From contig OX597821.1 of the NCBI GenBank assembly GCA_951406725.2, positions 88,350,001 to 88,414,000 of the forward strand: a stretch of 64,000 bases of DNA, written 5' to 3'. The translations under genes were made by a program, and so were the position numbers. This document shows, piece by piece, positions 1 to 11,958 of the stretch. Source of the stretch: Octopus vulgaris (taxonomy: Eukaryota). The notes beneath the pieces were generated by a model. That model did no database searches and was not told the DNA's origin. It saw only the letters and a list, made by a program, of their open reading frames with translations. Numbering within the stretch: position 1 is the first letter of the stretch; the number at the start of each line of letters is the position of its first letter.

Positions 1-432
1 CTTGTATCTGTTACGTATGTACGTGTTAGATATGTGAGGTATGTCTTGGCATGAAGATGTCTGGCCGTGAACATATGTTTTTGTTTGCATGTTCAAGAGT
101 GTACATTAGGTGCATGGATGTGAAGCGGGTGGTTGTTTGAGTGCACATAAATCCTCAAAGCGCAGCTTCAACTTTCCCATGCAGCATCTGCACTGAACGA
201 ATCCTTATAAAATTAGGTTTTCTGCTGTTTGCATATAACTATATATCTGTCAATCTTTGTCTCTAACTCTGTCTCTGTCTGTGTGTCTGTTTCTCTGTAC
301 ACACGCACAAACACACACACACCACACACACACACAAACACACAAGCACAAACACACACACATGTATATATGTGCATGTATAGAAAATTATGTTATTCAA
401 TGTACAAAATATAAAGATAAGAATTACTAATA

Positions 433-700
433 GTTTCTTGCTATGAAGACATGTGGCTTGTATCCAAGCAACCGTAAGGCTCTAAGTACACGTTCTATTT
501 TATTTGACAATAAGGGTGCTGGTACATGAGAAACCACGAGTAAAAACGAGAAGAAGGTTGATGGAAAAAGCTTATGGTTGAATAAAAACAGAGAAAAGAA
601 AGGGAAAGACTCGGAGTGTAAAGATTGCTTGGAGACACTAGATGCCCAGCCATATAGAGATGCAAAAACCTGCTTAGCTATCTGTCTTCATAGCAACAAC
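433..700. mobile_element. Degenerate MITE/foldback element
   Basis: Nested inverted repeats: TTGCTATGAAGACA (438-451) with TGTCTTCATAGCAA (683-696), and TGTATCCAAGCAA (459-471) with TTGCTTGGAGACA (625-637, 12/13). No coding capacity. Confidence 0.45.
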
Positions 701-779
701 TTGTTCATAGCTCTCACTGGATAGAGTATTTTTTTATTTGTTGGTCTTACCTTAAAGGAACAGCAGTACATATGTAATG

Positions 780-976
780 TAACCGCACATGAATTGTTGG
801 CCATTTTCCCTTTTTCTTCCTGCTTTCGCTTTGGACTTCTCTCTTTCCGACGAAGAGCTATGCTCGAAACGTTAACAACTTCCTCCTTTCACCGCGCGTC
901 AAATTAATATATTTCTTGTGCACGTCCTTACGGTCATATTTTTCTTTTTTTATTATGGTTTTTAATTGTTTGTTCT

Positions 977-978
<2 letters not shown>
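780..978 (+). mobile_element. Mini PLE-like element with degenerate minimal hammerhead (843-877)
   Basis: CCGACGA-A-gagc-tat-gctc-GAAAC-GTT. Related to 60075-60280 and 44970-45185. The 3' end runs into a (TATG)n tract. Confidence 0.55.
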
Positions 979-1008
<30 letters not shown>

Positions 1009-1340
1009 TGTATGTATGTATGTATGTATGTATGTATGTATGTATGTATGTATGTATGTATGTATGTATGTATGTATGGATGGATGGATGGATGGATGTA
1101 TGTGTGTGTGTATGTATGTATGTAAGTATGTATGTATGCATGTATGTATGTATGCATGTATGTATGTATGTATGTATGTATGCATGTATGTATGTATGCA
1201 TGTATGCATGTATGCATGTATGTATGTATGTATTTATGTATGCATGTATGTATGTATGTATGTATGTATGTATGTATGTATGTATGTATGTATGTATGTG
1301 TGTGTGTGTGTACGTATGTATGTGTGTGCATGTATGTATG
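978..1340. repeat. (TATG)n/(GATG)n microsatellite
   Basis: Directly visible tetranucleotide array. Confidence 0.95.
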
Positions 1341-1342
1341 TA

Positions 1343-1593
1343 TAGTAATCCCTCGACTATCGCAGGGGTTATGTTACCAAACCCCGCGCAATAGGTGAAA
1401 ATCCGCGAAGTAGAAGCAATACTGTACCGAATATTATATTTTTATTTTTATAATTTGTATATATATTTATTTTATCATAAATGCAAAACAACAACACGGA
1501 GGAATCGACGTAAGCTTAAATAATAAACAGTGATAGGAAAACCGTGATAGGTGAACCGTGATAGGTGTACCGCGATATGGCGAGGGATTACTA
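1343..1593. mobile_element. Tc1/mariner (pogo/Tigger-like) MITE
   Basis: TIR TAGTAATCCCTCG...CGAGGGATTACTA (13 bp perfect, extends imperfectly to about 24 bp). TA on both sides (1341-1342, 1594-1595). 251 bp, no ORF. Confidence 0.8.
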
Positions 1594-1915
1594 TATGTAT
1601 ATATATATATATCTTAATTGTTTTGCACTGAGCATATCGCACCAGCCTACTTTGAAGGTTTTAGTGATATCAACCTCATTAGTACTTACTTCACTCTTTA
1701 TACTAATTTCATCGAACCTCTCTGCTGATGTACTAATTCTTGTACATTAAGTAAAACATAAACACGGAAGATGTGACACAAGCACACAAAGATACTCATC
1801 AACACAATTGGGTATTTATGGTGCTGAACTATGATTCGTGAGTAATTTAGCTGCTATTTTTTTTTTCAAATTGTACAGCTACGTAATTTCATCCGGATCA
1901 ACTAACTCTTTGAAT

Positions 1916-2077
1916 AGCTACCCGCGATACTAGAGGGCGCACACTCTCCTACCATGATGTAATCTCCAGGGATACAGGCAGCCAGCAACAGGACCTCTGT
2001 AATGCTATGATGGACCGTGAGGTCTGGCGTAGCATAGTAAATTCCATTGTCTCGACCACGGTCGAACAATGATGATG
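1916..2077 (+). mobile_element. 5'-truncated RTE-clade LINE 3' end
   Basis: Encodes ...GRTLSYHDVISRDTG..QDLCNAMMDREVWRSIV (RTE-type C-terminus). (TGA)n tail. Perfect 12-bp TSD AACTCTTTGAAT at 1904-1915 and 2078-2089. Confidence 0.8.
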
Positions 2078-2458
2078 AACTCTTTGAATGGATGCTGATA
2101 CCAACTTTTCTATTAAGTTCTCATACAGCAGTTGAACCTGGGCTTGTTTACCCAGTCATTCCTTTCATGTATAACAAAATTATATCCTATATACTTCTCC
2201 GGTCATTTAAGACCTGTCTAGGTTTCACTGGGAAGGACTAAGATCGAAAATATACTGTTTGATGAAAAACCCATATCACTTAATCCGTGTTACATATTCA
2301 ACTTTGCATAGTGCTTATTTTATTGCTATTAACCAAAGTTAACCAGAACCATTTTAATAGTAAATTTCTGGACTGTTGATTAATTGCTTTGTCAATGAAT
2401 AATTAAGTGAATATATACTGTCATTCTACTATAGACAGAGATGAAGGTCCATCGACTA

Positions 2459-2567
<109 letters not shown>

Positions 2568-3206
2568 TAATGGAATTTTTGTTAGTAATGAATATATACA
2601 CTCTGTCATTGTATATAAAATCATTAGTTGAACATTTATCTTCCTATATTTATACTGGGCGTAAGCCATACGTTTGAATAATTCTAATTAATAACGATGC
2701 TGACGTTATCTCCACTTTGTGGGGGAAAAAAGAGAACAGAGTCAATTATTAACATAATAGTTGGTATCATCACTAAAGATTCAAGTCTTAATTAATTAGT
2801 TAATTAAAATTTAGTTGTTATCTCCTCCGAGTTTTGGTTTGATAGAATTAGTCATTTAGATTAGAATTGTTCTCATTAATTAATAAGCATTTCTTGGGTT
2901 ACAACATGAAGTATACTAGTGCCCAGTAAAATATTTAGTTTTCCATCACCTGGAATCCTTTTTATTTTCCGTAGAGTTTTACCTTTGAGTTTTAAATTGA
3001 TGTTACTCCATACATATCGTGTTTACAACTGTTATTTTTTTTATGTACTTGCAATAATGCTTAGGGTATGCTTCAGTAAAACTGTCTAATAAAATGGTAT
3101 TGTATCCGGCATAGTCATTCTTTTGCTAAAATAATAACCTCCCTCGCTACAGTAATCTATTGTTACATCATCTAAACCAAAGTTCAGGAGTTTGAAGCTC
3201 CCCCCT

Positions 3207-3298
<92 letters not shown>

Positions 3299-3409
3299 AC
3301 TATTTCCCTCTAAAACCACACATACATATGTATATATATATATATGTAATATCTATATAAGACAACAAAAGAATGAAAGAGACCTCGATATTATGTAAAT
3401 AGAGGCATC

Positions 3410-3650
3410 TATTTGTATTATAATATGTGACAATTATTCGGTTGCCATGATAAACTCCGAGTTTCGAATATCGGGGCAGAAACCTGCAGCTGCATCTCTT
3501 CGGTTATCGAGGCAATTAAAATATAAGATATCTTATATTTTAATTGCTTCAATAACTGCAGAGATGCCGGTGCAAGTTTCCTCCTCGACTTCCGAAACTC
3601 AGAGTTTCTTCACTGCAACCGAATAATTGGCACATATTATATTACAAATA
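3410..3650. repeat. Spacerless long palindrome (about 120-bp arms), probably an inverted PLE pseudo-LTR; each arm has a degenerate HHR
   Basis: Centre AAGAT|ATCTT at 3529/3530; arms are imperfect reverse complements. Minus arm 3449-3508 reads gataa-CCGAAGA...GAAAC-TCGGA-GTT-tatc. Plus arm 3551-3611 reads aataa-CTGCAGA...GAAAC-TCAGA-GTT. Confidence 0.7.
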
Positions 3651-3662
3651 TAATATATATGA

Positions 3663-4059
3663 CTAGCAGTATCGCCCGGCGTTGCTCGGGTTTGTAAGGG
3701 AAATAACTATAAAGCATTTTTAGAGAGTTATAGCCAAAACTAGCAAAAAAAATCATTAAAAATGGAGAAAAAAATTACGGTAAAAGTTTTTTTTAATTCG
3801 TTGACTCATCGTAGACATTTTTAGAGAGTTACTTCCCTTATATAATAGCGAAAAAAATGCATTAAAATGGAAAAAAATGATGGTAAATTTTTTTTAATCG
3901 TAGACTCATCGTAGACGCGCGCTAATACCCAGAACGGCTCGATATGAATCACGACTATAAGATACCCGGTTTTGGTTAAACTGCACCGCAAAATGTGGGA
4001 GTAGTTAGGAATCTAAATCGGAGTAGACAGACACACAACTTCACTTTTATATATAAAGA
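3663..4059 (-). mobile_element. Non-autonomous Helitron
   Basis: On minus: starts TCTTTATATATAAAA, ends with GC hairpin CCCGAGCAACGCCGGG then CTAG. Sits between A and T with no TSD. Close copy at 17785-18182. Confidence 0.85.
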
Positions 4060-4060
4060 T

Positions 4061-4594
4061 TTGTGCAACAACTAAAACATTCGGTTGTGCAAATTGTTTG
4101 CACAGGAAACCTGCCCTGTGTGGCGGTAATTGCCGTTTTTGTGGATCTGGTTCAGCTTTTTTAGCGATTTCTGTTTTGGCGACTTCAAGCCATGAAGTGC
4201 GACTTCAAGCCATGAAGTCGTTGTTCTACAAGAACGCTAGTCTCCTTGACAACGCATTACGACGTTGATTTCCTTACACTCCCTTCCCCACAGCTTCACG
4301 AGGGAGGGAAGAAGGGGGAGAAGCAAACAGGTGCAGGTGTGACCATGGACGCCAACTCCGCCGCCATCGACACACGAAAAAATATGCATTAAAATGGAAT
4401 AAAAAATGATGTTAAATTATTTTTAAAATCGTAGACTCATCGTAGACGCGCGCTAATACTCAGACGGGCTCGATATGAATCACGACTATAAGATACCCGA
4501 ATTTGGTTAAACTGCACCGCAAAATGTGGGAGTAGTTAGGAATCTAAATCGAAGGGGACAGACACTCACACAACTACAGTTTTATATATATAGA
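4061..4594 (-). mobile_element. Second Helitron 5' end of the same family plus extra internal sequence, abutting the complete copy
   Basis: 4375-4594 repeats about 3850-4059 (TCTATATATATAAAA start on minus). It has no CTAG/hairpin end of its own. Confidence 0.7.
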
Positions 4595-4623
4595 TATAAT
4601 ATAATATAATACAATATAATATA

Positions 4624-4708
<85 letters not shown>

Positions 4709-4757
4709 GTGTGTGTGTGTATGTATATATATGTATATATATATAACATATATACTC

Positions 4758-5000
4758 ACTAGAAAGAGCAGCCAAACTCCAAACCACTAATAGTTGTGAT
4801 TCTGAAATGGAAAGAGAAATAAAACGTTTACCCTTTCCTTTCTGGACTATGCATAGTTTCGGCAAACTTATGTAAATAAATCAAATTAAATTAAATTTAT
4901 TTACCACTGGCGTTGCAATCATCAGCAGAAAAGCCAAGGACTACCATATATTCACGAGGCGATAACGAGCATGCCTCGAGTCTATATGCTATAAATTTCT
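4758..5000 (-). mobile_element. PLE pseudo-LTR-like dispersed repeat, homologous to about 63590-63850 (+)
   Basis: Collinear diverged homology to the reverse complement of 63590-63850 (CTAGAAAGAGCAGCCAA, CGAGGC/GCCTCG hairpin, HHR). Ends at a (TA)/(TG) tract. Confidence 0.7.
4839..4931 (-). ncRNA. Type I hammerhead ribozyme motif
   Basis: Minus strand: tttctg-CTGATGA-[long helix II with gtaaataaat/atttatttac]-GAA-ACTATGCATAGT-C-cagaaa. Helix I 6 bp perfect, helix III a 12-nt palindrome, GUC cleavage triplet. Base of helix II is imperfect. Confidence 0.8.
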
Positions 5001-6067
5001 TATTACTAAACTAATTAAAATCTCTGATGTCTTAATTTTCTACATCGAATAAGCCAGTGCTAAATCTTTAATGATTGACAACGTTCCACTTATGACCATC
5101 TCCATATCATTGTATATTTGGATGAGCATTTTATAATATGCCATTAAAAAACAAACACTGTAAAGTGCAATTTGACTGATGCAGCTGCTATTTCTAGAGG
5201 GTCAAGATGCCCTTACTGTTATTGTTTTTGATGATGACATGTCAACGATGTTATTGCTATTGTTGTTCTAATCCTTAGGTTAGACCTAAAATAATTCGTA
5301 TTCTTTCCTCCCAGACAATATAACTACAATTCCATTATTCAAATCATCCTTCCTAATTTTTCTTCTTTTTGGCGGTTGAGTGTGATTTAATGTAGATACG
5401 GCTGATGTTTTTGAAGTGAATGCCTGGGAGGCTTTTGGGAGGCTCGTGCGTAGAAACCCTTTCGTTCCTTGAATATGTTGAAAGTGTATAATGGCTGTAC
5501 ATTATTAAACAGTGAGTTGACAAATAATCAATGAACAATGACATGGCAGAAAGAAAAAACTGTCGATATCATGACAGGAGGAAATCTTTTTTAACTTAGG
5601 GAAAATGCAGTTCAGTTTGAAAACTAACAATCAAGTATCTGAATTAGGAATATTTTCCAATTTCTCTGTTGATGGCACCAAGATTACAACATGTCATACG
5701 TATACTTTCATGCCAAAAGCTGTTCACTGTATTTATATAGACTTAATGCTTTTGTATAACACTAACAACATATACCATATAATAATATAGAACATTATAA
5801 TATATTACAACGTATAATTTCTGACGATATAATATAATATTATATAACATAATTTTATATGACGTAAAATAACATTAAATATAAATGTAGTATATGATAT
5901 AGTATACAGTGTCTTATAGATTAATGTGAAATATATAATGAAATATAATCAGAAAGGTAAGGCTTAGAAAGCAGTGCTAAATGTGTAAATATGTGAAATT
6001 TGTACGTCAATATGTTTGTACATATGTAAGCGTATATATATATACATAGATCTTTAGATACTCACCC

Positions 6068-6105
<38 letters not shown>

Positions 6106-6282
6106 ATGTGTGTGTACGTGTACGTATATGTATACACAAATATATACACATGTGTACTATATATGCGTTGTCCTTTGTTTTCAGCTTTACTGTCAAGGCC
6201 ATACTTTGTCACCAAATTTTATGGTGCTATGTCTTTTATGCTATCCCTGTGTATAAGTGTAATGTGTATATATGTATATATA

Positions 6283-7782
6283 TACTCTTTTACTCTTTTA
6301 CTCTTTTACTTGTTTCAGCCATCCGGCTGAGGCCATGCTGGGGCACCGCCCTTGTTGCTACCCTCTCTAAGTCCAGTTTGCCGTGGCTGGCCACTGATCT
6401 AAGAGAGAGTTTGTAGCTGCTGCCCTTAGGTTACCAGCTGCTGCCCTTAGGTTACCTTCGTACCTTGCAGTGGGTTCATCTGGGATCCCGGAAAGCAGCT
6501 TGTCTAGATGTTTTTTGAAAATGTCCACATCCGCATCATGTAGATCTCTCAGTTTTCTTGGCAGTTTGTTGAAAAGCTGAGGGCCCCTGAACCCCAGGCT
6601 ATTACAGTATCTGCTCCTTACCCTGGATGTGGAAGACGGGACCTTTGGCACCACACAGTGACGTCCTGTACGGGGATTGGAACAGCTCTCAATTCCAAAA
6701 TTTGGTGCTAGTCCCTCCAGGATTTTCCATATGTATATCACTGCATATCTCTCTCGTCTTCGTTCCAAGGAGTACAAATTGAGTTCCCTAAGCCTCTCCC
6801 AATAGTTCTTTTCTTTCATGGTGGAAATCCTCTTGGTGAAATGTCTTTGGATTGTCTCAAGCTCTGTGGTTAGTTTGACACTATGCGGTGACCACAGTTG
6901 GGAGCAGTAGTCCAGGCGGCTTAGGACAAATGTCCTCCATAGTGTCAACATGGTCTTGCAGTCTCTTGTCCGGAATGTCCTCAGGATCCAGCCAGTGAGT
7001 CGTCTGCACATTGTCGCCACCTTCGCGATGTGTGAAGAAAAAGATGCATCATCACTCATGTCTATCCCCAGGTCCCGTATTGATTTCGATACTGGGATTT
7101 CGATCCCTCCTGGACCAGTATAGTTGTGTTGTAATGTATATGTGTTTACAGCTTGATATTGTAAGGCTTGAAATTTACCAGCATTAAATTGCATGTTGTT
7201 GTCTTCAGCCCATTTGTATATGGCATCCAGATCTTGTTGTAAAAGGTCAGCATCAGCTGGGTTTTTGATTGCCTGTGCTACCTTTGTGTCATCAGCATAG
7301 CTAGTGAGGGATGTTGTTTGTGCTACCAAGGGCATGTCAGAGAGCGCCACCAAAAACAGCAAGGGTCCCAAGACTGTGCCCTGTGGCACCCCGCTTGCTA
7401 TTGGTGTCTTTCCCGAGAGGGCTCCATTGGCTGCAACCATCTGGCTTCTGTCCTTCAGGAAGTCATGTATCCACTCACCTACTTTTCCTGTTATGCCGAG
7501 TCTGAGTAATTTGTGACATATCACTCCGTGGTCGACTTTGTCAAAGGCCTTCGCAAAGTCGAGATATACCACATCAACCTGTGAGCGATCCAGTAGTTGT
7601 TTCAGTACCCAGTCGTAGTGTTGTAACAGCTGCGTAAGGCAGCTTCTTCCTGGGCGAAAGCCATGCTGTGTGTCAGTGAGACGGTTAGTTTCTTCGAGGA
7701 ACGTGATCAGTTTTTTTCTGATGATTCGTTCCATGACCTTACTTATGTGTGACGTCAGGGAGACTGGCCTGTAGTTTTTGGC

Positions 7783-7785
<3 letters not shown>
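6283..7785 (-). mobile_element. 5'-truncated CR1/L2-type non-LTR retrotransposon
   Basis: RT ORF, short 3' UTR with double stem-loop and (AAAAGAGT)n tail. Both ends abut TA-rich microsatellite. Confidence 0.93.
6367..7785 (-). CDS. LINE ORF2 fragment: reverse transcriptase and C-terminal domain (no start codon, endonuclease missing)
   Basis: Motifs [58 protein letters not shown]. About 470 codons with no stop or frameshift. The Met at 7866 in the track lies in flanking microsatellite. Confidence 0.93.
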
Positions 7786-7823
<38 letters not shown>

Positions 7824-8052
7824 CACACGCAGAGAAAGAGAGGGGTGTAGGTAAATGTGAATACATATATACATATATATATGTTTATATATATATATAT
7901 ATACCTACACGCATACATGTATGTACATTATAATCAATAATATGCATATACATACATATTCATATATATGCGTTTATATAGATGCATATATATATACATA
8001 TATGCATATATATATCTATATACATACACACCTATATATATGTATGTATGTA

Positions 8053-8113
<61 letters not shown>

Positions 8114-8537
8114 CATGCATTGTGGGCGCTCAAACAAATTGATACATATATTGACACACTGTCACTATAACGACATGTACAAAATCTCTATTGTACGTTA
8201 CAAAGCTGGGATCACAGTTAGCTTTGCTTCGCTGACATCAAATCCTTCCAAACAAAAGACCCTATTTTTGTTTGACTAATCCTTAATTAGCTCAGTGTTG
8301 TCAGACATTTTCTCATCCTATTGATTTCATCATCTATTTTTCTTTTCTTCTTTTATCGATATATTTCCATCAAGATCTGTGTCATCTGACAATTACCACT
8401 TAATCTTTACACTGCTTTCTCTTATGTGTATATTTATGTATGTATGTATGTATGTATGTATGTATGTATGTATGTATGTATGTATGTATGTATGTATGTA
8501 TGTATATGTATGTATTTGTGCGTATGTATATACATTC

Positions 8538-8570
<33 letters not shown>

Positions 8571-8862
8571 CGTAAGTATATATATACATATACATACATG
8601 CATATATATATAAATATGGAAGTATGTATGCACGTATTTACGTATACAGGAAGAAAGGAGTGAATGCGTGCATGTTTGCATGTTTGTACCTATGTATGCA
8701 TCTAAGTATAAATGGATGTAAAGGTATATGTACGTACATATATATATTATACATACATATATATCCACATACAAATATATCTATAGACATCTAAATATAA
8801 ATGGATGTGAAAATATATGTACTTGCTCACACGTATGTGTGTGAAGTTATATCTATTATATA

Positions 8863-8920
<58 letters not shown>

Positions 8921-8961
8921 CATATATATATTATACATATACATGCATACTGCATACATAT

Positions 8962-9033
<72 letters not shown>

Positions 9034-9139
9034 ACATATACATATGTATATATGCATATATACATGTGTGTGTGAGCGTGTGCCTGCGCCCTTGTATAAG
9101 CATACAGTTAAGCATATATGAATATATAGACACACACAT

Positions 9140-9229
<90 letters not shown>

Positions 9230-10417
9230 CAACAACTAGGCGTGTTTATCTATATATGTATGTTTAACAACCTACCAGTACGTCATACAAGTTTCTCGCT
9301 CAGTCACACCACAAACAATAGCAACGCATACACTTAGTCACACATACACATGCACATAGGCACACGCACACACTGAGGCAGAAGCAAGCACTTATACACA
9401 CACACACACACACAGATATATATATATTTGTACAGATTTGTGCTTTCACACTTATATTCATATCGGTTTATACATATAAATGTAAGAAACCTAAGTGTGC
9501 GAAAACATACTCAAACACACGATCTGATTTCACAGGAGATGAGAAGATACTATGTTGAAGGTATTGTAGCTGTTTGTGAGGTTTTCCTAATCACAAGATA
9601 TCATCTTCCGATTAATCAAATCTGTAGCAATGCACTCGTAGAATCGGTAACTCTGTAGAGAGTCCAACGTACCAATTTGTGTTATATTTTTGAACTACCT
9701 TCGTGAGTTCAAATCCCATTCAGGTCGCTTGGTCAGTTACTTTATCGCCTTTGATGTTTTAAATCTCATAATTCAGACTGAACAGAGCTAAAATTGCAAC
9801 AAATTAGTTCCATCCATAACTATGCTGTCCGAATATCTATGATTCGTTTTTTTAGCGGCTTCTTGTTTGCAGACAATGGCCTGAGATTGGAGAGGGCGGT
9901 AGCTACTATTTCTCTGAGTTCGATTTACTATGTAGGGTCTTTGTTATAAGATATGTAACAGGTATACACTGCCAGTGACCATAATCTCATTGTTATTGGT
10001 TTAGGGGCAAGACTACAACAATGATGAATGTCTTTTCTTTTTGCTGCACATTAATAACAATAGAAGGATTGATTTCTCGATTTAGTGTGAGTTCTCCTAT
10101 TGGATGAAGCCATAACGTTACTTCCTTCTAACTTTCTCATAGTGATTTCTTAGCAGAGATATTTGGGTCGTGTATCATTGTTTACCCCGGGTGTATGCTG
10201 TGGGTTCTCAAAAAGCTCATCTGTCCTTCGACATGTCTTCTTTTCTGTCCCACACGTTGTCCCTTCTGAAAAGAGTGGCAAACTACTCATCTAGGGGAGA
10301 TCGTTTAATCGCCGACTACTCGAACATATGACAGATAATACTAGTTCACACAGTACTACCAACAGGCCTCATCAGCCTGTGATGAGATCGCTTACCTGAT
10401 TATTAGTGACATTACAA

Positions 10418-10820
10418 TTTATTTCATTTCTTTATTGCCCACTGGGGGATAATCACAGAGTAGATAAAAGAGGAAAGAAAAGGGGATTAAGTCGATTACA
10501 TCGACCCCATTGATTAACAGGTACTTACTTAATCGACCACGAAAGGATGAAAGGCAAATTCGACCTCGGCGGAATTTGAACTCAGAACGTAAAGCAGACG
10601 GAATACCTATTTGTTTACTACCCACAAGGAGCTAAACGGGGAGGACAAACAAGGACAGACAAACGGATTAAGTTGATTATATCGACCCCAGCGCGTAACT
10701 GGTACTTATTTTATAGACCCCGAAAGGATGAATGGCAAAGTCGACCTCAAAGGAATTTGAACTCAGAACGTAGCAGCAGACGAAATACCGTGTGTTAACA
10801 TTTCTGCCAGATCTCTGTCG
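10418..10820 (-). mobile_element. SINE-C tandem dimer
   Basis: Two head-to-tail copies (10608-10820 and 10418-10607) of GAGTTCAAATTCCGCCGAGGTCGACTTTGCCTTTCATCC...GTGGG(T/C)AGTAAAGAAATA. Other copies at 22951, 39485, 43168, 56730 and 59920. Confidence 0.85.
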
Positions 10821-11030
10821 TTATTAAAATCATGAAGTTTGTGATCCAACATAACCACCGTCTGGCGAACGAATCTCCTAGCAGTCGCAATATGACCATT
10901 AGTTACAGCATCATCACTACAAACCTGAAGCTATAATTCACACAAAGAATATCACAAACTCATTAACCGCTCACCGTCACAAATCTTCGAACCAACTTTA
11001 ATCTAATGTCGCTAATCTGCCTTCGTCTTA

Positions 11031-11292
11031 AAATCAATAAATGCGCCCTTTTAAAGCTTATCCAGGCTCATGGGCTCGGTTTCTCGGTTTCTGTGGCGTA
11101 TGTGTTCCCCCCAGCTGGACGGGACGCCAGTTCATTGCAGCGTTACTCATTTTTGCCAGCTGAGTGGATTAGCAGCAACGTGAAATGAAGTGTTTTGCTC
11201 AATAACACAACACGTCGCCCGGTCCAGGAATCGAAACCACAATCTTACGATCATGGTGCTGACATCCTAACCACTAACCCAAGCGCCTCCAC
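11031..11292 (-). mobile_element. SINE-B (tRNA-derived, CORE-like central domain)
   Basis: A box TAGTGG and B box GGTTTCGATTCC on minus. Homologous to 26581 and 43408. Candidate TSD CTTCGTCTTA at 11021-11030 and 11296-11305. Confidence 0.85.
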
Positions 11293-11910
11293 AGTCTTCG
11301 TCTTAGTAGAGAGAATATTTTCGTTTGTCCTCTTGGATATCTTCTTTCGCAATAATTCAAGCAATGTAAACAATAACAAGCCGGAATGAAAAATGAAATA
11401 AAAACAAAAGAAAGAACAAGAAAACAACGTGAAAAATAACATAAATCGAAGGCAGCAACACAATGTATATATATATATATCCACTAGGGAAATACAAACA
11501 TCTAAAAAACAAAACCTTCTCCAAACCCATCAAATAATAATAGTAGTTTATCAATTAAAGTTCATTAATAATGCTGGTGCTTATGCAGATAAGGAACTAC
11601 AGGTTCACTTATTCACTTCTATTAACGTTTTAAGATATATATTTTTTTTTACTGCATACTGTATGTTAGATCTGTTTTGTGAGTTAAAATATGACTACTT
11701 AAATGTATGTAAATAATATTCTACAAATTTACATACACACAAGCACATACGCACATATGTATGTATATATGTTTGTGTGCATGTATGAATGTATGTATGT
11801 ATGTATGTGTTTATATATGTGTGTTTATATATATATATATTATACATTATTTATTATTAATTATATATATGTATATATATATATATATGTATATGTATAT
11901 ATATATAAAC

Positions 11911-11958
<48 letters not shown>

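Noticed and set aside
858-1398. Long ORFs of YVCM/HTYI, YI, CV, poly-I/L/S/E/D type here and across the window
   Set aside because: They are translations of microsatellites that lack stop codons; there is no protein-like complexity.
7786-7866. N-terminal extension and Met start of the 499-aa ORF
   Set aside because: It is flanking (TA)n sequence that happens to be in frame; the LINE is 5'-truncated at about 7785.
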